From Escherichia coli (GTDB lineage: Bacteria > Pseudomonadota > Gammaproteobacteria > Enterobacterales > Enterobacteriaceae), in NCBI RefSeq assembly GCF_003334335.1, contig NZ_QOWQ01000093.1: a stretch of 2,204 nt of DNA. One strand, 5' to 3'. The translations under genes and the position numbers were made by a program. The notes under the pieces are model-generated. The model was not told the DNA's origin. It ran no database searches and saw only the letters and a list, made by a program, of their open reading frames with translations. This document shows, piece by piece, positions 1 through 2,204 of the stretch; position 1 is the first letter of the stretch, and each line of letters begins with the position of its first letter.

Positions 1-77
1 GCAACCAGCATTAGTGAAAATGAAATACCGACAATCACACACAGGACCTTTGCCGGCGTTATGAGTTTGTCTGACAT
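1..77 (-). CDS. Partial CDS, N-terminus only (ATG at 77-75, continues past window start). Begins MSDKLITPAKVLCVIVGISFSLMLVA: short polar N-terminus then a hydrophobic segment, so a membrane-anchored or secreted protein; candidate Rz-like i-spanin
   Basis: Hand translation of the minus strand. ATG at 77-75 is preceded by AAGGGG (88-83) at a 5-nt spacing, a plausible Shine-Dalgarno. The frame is open to the window edge. Codon first positions are G-rich (gac, gca, gtc, gtg, gtc, ggt, gtt). The spanin assignment is inference from position downstream of an endolysin and N-terminal topology only; only 25 codons are visible. Confidence 0.4.
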   Translation of the reverse strand, partial: MSDKLITPAKVLCVIVGISFSLMLV

Positions 78-79
78 CT

Positions 80-160
80 TTACCCCTTGATAGCAGTAAT
101 TAACTGGGCAACCACCCATAAAAACGGAATCAGCCAGACCAGCAAAAATTTCCAGTCCAT
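80..160 (-). CDS. Micro-ORF, 26 aa, MDWKFLLVWLIPFLWVVAQLITAIKG: a single predicted transmembrane helix; possible small membrane peptide, could be spurious
   Basis: ATG at 160-158 lies 11 nt after the stop of the Rha-like gene (TGA 174-172); stop TAA at 82-80. Strongly hydrophobic and Trp-rich. Weak Shine-Dalgarno (GAAGATGATAAAA upstream), so translation would need coupling. Its 3' end carries the Shine-Dalgarno of the next ORF. A T at codon position 2 throughout could generate this by chance. Confidence 0.2.
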   Translation of the reverse strand: MDWKFLLVWLIPFLWVVAQLITAIKG

Positions 161-171
161 TTTTATCATCT

Positions 172-867
172 TCATGCTGCGGTAGCTCTCCATGCAGCAA
201 GCAGACCAGCAATCCACTCAACACCTTTTGGGGTGAATTTAACCTGCGTAAAAGCATGACCATTGCCCGCCTCGCCCGTTTTCACGCTAAACCGCCCCGC
301 ATCCAGGTGATGCGAGTAAGGCGTCATTTTTCCAGCGAGGCGATACATTATTCCGTTCTCCAACAAAAACAGCCGGAAATCGGTTTCTTTGATACCGAGT
401 AACTTAGCAACTTCCCGGAATCCCATCAGACCAGATGCTTCAACATAGTTATCAACAAATTCAGCCTTCGGCGCTGCTATTGCCAGTTGATTTTCCAGCA
501 CTGCTTTCTGTTCAGCCAGTTTTGCCGCAAATCGCAACGCCTCAGGTAAAGTCCGGGGGATCTGAATACCATGCATCGCTTTGAGTCTTGCCAGCACAGA
601 ACGACGAACGGCCTTTGACTCCCTCATGCCAACGAGCATCATCTGGTCAAAATCCAGATCATAGTATGCCGTTCTTGTCTGGTTATTGTTTAACCGGAAT
701 TTTTTTCCGGTTCCATCAAGCTCTAGCTCATCCTCAATTTTTGCAAGAAACTTACGCGGTTCATGAGGGACTTCTCCGGCTTCTGCCCGGGCTGGATTAA
801 TAATGTTATTCAGAAAATCCAGACTACTCATGGATATTTCATGATCGACAGAAATCATCTCTTTCAT
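172..867 (-). CDS. Phage regulatory protein / antirepressor, Rha-like N-terminal domain plus KilA-C (ANT) C-terminal domain, 231 aa
   Basis: Complete ORF in the supplied track. Shine-Dalgarno AAGGA sits 7 nt upstream of ATG 867-865 (minus strand reads AAAAGGAATCAACC-ATG). The C-terminal half (LPEALRFAAKLAEQ...APKAEFVDNYVEASGLMGFREVAKLLGIKETDFRLFLLENGIMYR...GRFSVKTGEAGNGHAFTQVKFTPKGVEWIAGLL) matches my recollection of the KilA-C/ANT antirepressor domain. The N-terminal half (KFLAKIEDELE...YYDLDFDQMMLVGMRESKAVRRSVLARLKAM) resembles the Rha-family N-terminal domain. Both assignments are from memory, not a search. Confidence 0.85.
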   Translation of the reverse strand: MKEMISVDHEISMSSLDFLNNIINPARAEAGEVPHEPRKFLAKIEDELELDGTGKKFRLNNNQTRTAYYDLDFDQMMLVGMRESKAVRRSVLARLKAMHGIQIPRTLPEALRFAAKLAEQKAVLENQLAIAAPKAEFVDNYVEASGLMGFREVAKLLGIKETDFRLFLLENGIMYRLAGKMTPYSHHLDAGRFSVKTGEAGNGHAFTQVKFTPKGVEWIAGLLAAWRATAA

Positions 868-1013
868 GGTTGATTCCTTTTAGTGATGAACCCTGCGCAC
901 AGGAATAACCAGCCCAAAGAGGGTTAACCAGACCACTGCCGGTTATCCACCAGGGCTCATCCTGAAAGGTTCTTTGGTTTATTTACGCTTGTGCGAAGCG
1001 CAGAAATGACAAA

Positions 1014-1030
1014 GGCACCATTACGGTGCC
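1014..1030 (-). terminator. Small hairpin GGCACC-N5-GGTGCC; on the minus strand it is followed by TTTGTCATTTCT. Weak candidate terminator or RNA stability element downstream of the endolysin
   Basis: Seen directly: 6-bp perfect inverted repeat with a 5-nt loop, 110 nt downstream of the endolysin stop, with a T-rich but interrupted tail on the minus strand. The stem is short, so termination efficiency is doubtful. Confidence 0.25.
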
Positions 1031-1140
1031 TCTGCGTGAAATAATGTTCCTGACTTTATTCACTTACATTTTGCCAGCTCGCAGGATTTCGTGTTATCCG
1101 CCCGCGTTGGCCAACGTCATTTTTCAGCAAAATATTCTGC

Positions 1141-1674
1141 TTATCTGTCGATTCCCCAGCACGCCAGCGCGCTCTCCTGGTCTCGCCGGGATACCTGACC
1201 GTAACAGTTATTTGAGCGAATACGGCAGTCCCTGCCACCGTCCTTAATCCACCAGCGAATCGCTTCGCAGGCACCTTTTCGATCACCAGCATTAATTCGT
1301 CTGTAAAACGTCGACGGGAAACACTTACCGGGACCAATGTTGTACGGACAGAATGACGCGATCCCCGCTTTCTGGGGTTCGGTCAGCGGCACTCTGATGT
1401 TTTTCTCCACCCACGCCAGCGCTTTATCACGCTCAATGGCGTTAACCTGGTCGCATTTTTCCTTCGACAACTTCATGCCGGGGACGACAGGCTTACCATC
1501 CACCCGGGTGGCACCACGGCAGATGGTCCAGATACCTGCACCATCACGGTATGCCGTGGTGTGGTTACCTTCCTTTTCATCCAGAAACTGGTCGAGAATT
1601 TCAGGCGCAGAAGCCCCTGCGGCAATCAGCGCCAGAACGGCAGCCGACAGGCCGTATTTGATTTTTGCGTTCAT
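1141..1674 (-). CDS. SAR endolysin (phage-21 R-type lysozyme, T4-lysozyme-like muramidase), 177 aa
   Basis: Complete ORF. The N-terminus YGLSAAVLALIAAGASA is the Gly/Ala-rich weakly hydrophobic signal-anchor-release segment typical of SAR endolysins. The catalytic motif E-x8-D-x5-T is present at Glu35, Asp44 and Thr50 (EGNHTTAYRDGAGIWT), the same spacing as T4 lysozyme E11/D20/T26 and as I recall for phage 21 R. The whole protein closely resembles, from memory, the lysozymes of E. coli cryptic lambdoid prophages (RrrQ/RrrD type); this is not verified. Confidence 0.95.
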   Translation of the reverse strand: MNAKIKYGLSAAVLALIAAGASAPEILDQFLDEKEGNHTTAYRDGAGIWTICRGATRVDGKPVVPGMKLSKEKCDQVNAIERDKALAWVEKNIRVPLTEPQKAGIASFCPYNIGPGKCFPSTFYRRINAGDRKGACEAIRWWIKDGGRDCRIRSNNCYGQVSRRDQESALACWGIDR

Positions 1675-1731
1675 GGATATTTATCAGGATTTATCGGTTC
1701 CGAATCCCTGGATATGTTAAGCCTTCACCCC

Positions 1732-1750
1732 GCCAGTGGTGGGCACTGGC
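1732..1750. promoter_or_regulatory. Perfect 7-bp inverted repeat GCCAGTG-gtggg-CACTGGC in the intergenic region between the endolysin start and the + strand ORF; candidate operator or RNA hairpin
   Basis: Seen directly. Centred about 45 nt upstream of ATG 1786. No T-run on either side, so it is not a terminator. No convincing sigma-70 -35/-10 pair could be placed nearby by eye. Confidence 0.3.
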
Positions 1751-1785
1751 CAGGGTATGTCAATCTGATAAACACAGAGGTGACT

Positions 1786-2046
1786 ATGGATTATCCAAAT
1801 CTACCAAAACAAACTTTTGCTGATTTAATCGCACTCAGGCAAGCAGTCGTAGCTCTAATCAACGTGTTGCCGGATGAGGAAAAGGAATTAGTTAAAGCAA
1901 TTCTTAACAGAACTGCCGCCGATTTTTCATCATTCCCACTGACAGATGACCTTGCGGACCTTCCTGAATTAATTGCAGCGTCCGCCATTAAGCTTACTGA
2001 AGAGATTTACTCTCCTCAAAAGCCTTCACAAAATTCCTGCGAGTAA
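1786..2046 (+). CDS. Hypothetical small acidic protein, 86 aa (MDYPNLPKQTFADLIALRQAVVALINVLPDEEKELVKAILNRTAADFSSFPLTDDLADLPELIAASAIKLTEEIYSPQKPSQNSCE); moron-like gene on the strand opposite the lysis genes
   Basis: An internal ATG of the 161-aa + strand ORF in the track. Shine-Dalgarno GAGG at 1777-1780 lies 5 nt before ATG 1786 (AGAGGTGACT-ATG). Codon first positions are G-rich, consistent with real coding. The ORF is AT-rich: I counted about 109 G+C in 261 nt (about 42%), against roughly 50-63% in the endolysin stretches I counted. A strong intrinsic terminator follows 20 nt after the stop. The 5' extension of the track ORF (1561-1785) is antisense to the endolysin and lacks a ribosome-binding site, so the 1786 start is preferred. 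No family could be assigned from memory. Confidence 0.55.
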   Translation: MDYPNLPKQTFADLIALRQAVVALINVLPDEEKELVKAILNRTAADFSSFPLTDDLADLPELIAASAIKLTEEIYSPQKPSQNSCE

Positions 2047-2204
2047 CTTCAATGCAATAATCGTAAAACGCCGCGAACTGCTCATCGCGGCGTTTTTCTT
2101 CAGGCCGCTGAAGATGCTCTTTCAACCGTGAAGCGCAGCTTAGATGCGCCGCGCGATCAAGAATAGTTTCTTTCATTTCATCTGCTGCAAGCACCTCATT
2201 TTTT
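1994..2204 (-). CDS. Partial CDS, C-terminal part only (frame is open to the window end; true start lies beyond 2204). Hydrophilic, highly charged tail ...AADEMKETILDRAAHLSCASRLKEHLQRPEEKRRDEQFAAFYDYCIEVTRRNFVKAFEESKSLQ; function unknown
   Basis: The track start at 2194 is a GTG; codons 2195-2203 continue without a stop (K-N-E), so the gene probably starts outside the window. Codon first positions are strongly G-biased and codon usage is E. coli-like, which supports real coding. Its last 17 codons overlap the 3' end of the + strand ORF (1994-2046) and it reads through the terminator hairpin, which lowers confidence. It is not obviously a holin: no hydrophobic segment is visible. Confidence 0.45.
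   Translation of the reverse strand, partial: KNEVLAADEMKETILDRAAHLSCASRLKEHLQRPEEKRRDEQFAAFYDYCIEVTRRNFVKAFEESKSLQ
2065..2097 (+). terminator. Rho-independent terminator: 12-bp stem (AAAACGCCGCGA / TCGCGGCGTTTT, 8 GC-rich core pairs) with 8-nt loop ACTGCTCA, followed by TTTTTCTT
   Basis: Seen directly, 20 nt downstream of the stop of the + strand ORF. An A-run precedes the stem, so the minus-strand transcript also gets a short U-run (possibly bidirectional). It lies inside the reading frame of the minus-strand partial ORF 1994..2204. Confidence 0.6.

Noticed and set aside
588-800. 70-aa + strand ORF inside the Rha-like gene
   Set aside because: Antisense shadow ORF within a confidently coding region; no start context.
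828-839. 12-nt exact repeat TCATGGATATTT, also at 1671-1682, each overlapping an ATG on the minus strand
   Set aside because: A single 12-mer match in a 2.2-kb window is roughly expected by chance. One copy is at the endolysin start, the other at an internal Met codon of the Rha-like gene whose real start has a strong Shine-Dalgarno further upstream.
1026-1247. 73-aa + strand ORF spanning the gap and the endolysin 3' end
   Set aside because: The track start is a GTG without a Shine-Dalgarno; the hydrophobic, proline-rich translation is antisense to the endolysin and likely spurious.
1056-1337. 93-aa minus-strand ORF overlapping the 3' part of the endolysin gene in another frame; considered as a possible Rz-like gene
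   Set aside because: The product is Arg-rich with no N-terminal transmembrane segment or coiled-coil character and looks nothing like an Rz spanin. It lies almost entirely inside the well-supported endolysin CDS, so it is most likely an out-of-frame shadow ORF.
1687-1707. GGTTCCGAATCC, resembling a tRNA T-arm (GGTTCGAATCC), and a GGATT/AATCC 5-bp hairpin
   Set aside because: It has an extra base relative to the T-loop consensus and there is no surrounding cloverleaf (no acceptor or anticodon stems); not a tRNA.
1337-1720. 127-aa + strand ORF antisense to the endolysin
   Set aside because: Ser/Pro/Ala-rich low-complexity translation typical of the antisense frame of a GC-rich gene; fully overlaps the endolysin; no ribosome-binding site.
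1561-1785. 5' extension of the + strand ORF (track start 1561; alternative ATG at 1714)
   Set aside because: The extension is antisense to the endolysin and neither upstream start has a Shine-Dalgarno, whereas ATG 1786 has GAGG at ideal spacing. The gene is called from 1786.
1791-1988. 65-aa minus-strand ORF antisense to the moron ORF
   Set aside because: Ser/Ala-rich translation fully contained within the better-supported + strand ORF; no ribosome-binding site.
1-2204. Scan for CRISPR repeats, insertion-sequence terminal inverted repeats, rRNA or other direct-repeat arrays
   Set aside because: No regularly spaced direct repeats, no long terminal inverted repeats and no transposase-like ORF were visible. 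Only short palindromes were found (for example GGTTAACC at 923-930).

Overview
This window reads as part of the late (lysis) region of a lambdoid prophage or phage of an enterobacterium, with the main genes on the minus strand. From high to low coordinate: the C-terminal part of an unidentified gene (1994..2204, start outside the window); a phage-21-type SAR endolysin (1141..1674) with an intact Glu35/Asp44/Thr50 catalytic triad; a 273-bp non-coding gap containing small hairpins; a two-domain Rha-like/KilA-C antirepressor-family gene (172..867); a 26-codon hydrophobic micro-ORF (80..160); and the N-terminus of a membrane-anchored protein running off the window start (1..77), possibly the displaced Rz spanin. 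The most unusual element is a moron-like cassette on the opposite (+) strand at 1786..2046: an AT-rich ORF (about 42% GC by my count) for an 86-aa acidic protein with a good Shine-Dalgarno, followed 20 nt later by a strong intrinsic terminator hairpin, and preceded by a perfect 7-bp inverted repeat. The endolysin has no abutting holin gene and no recognisable Shine-Dalgarno, and no Rz/Rz1 spanin genes follow it directly. No rRNA, tRNA, CRISPR array or insertion sequence is visible. All family assignments rest on reading the translated sequence and on recall of family hallmarks; no database search was run.
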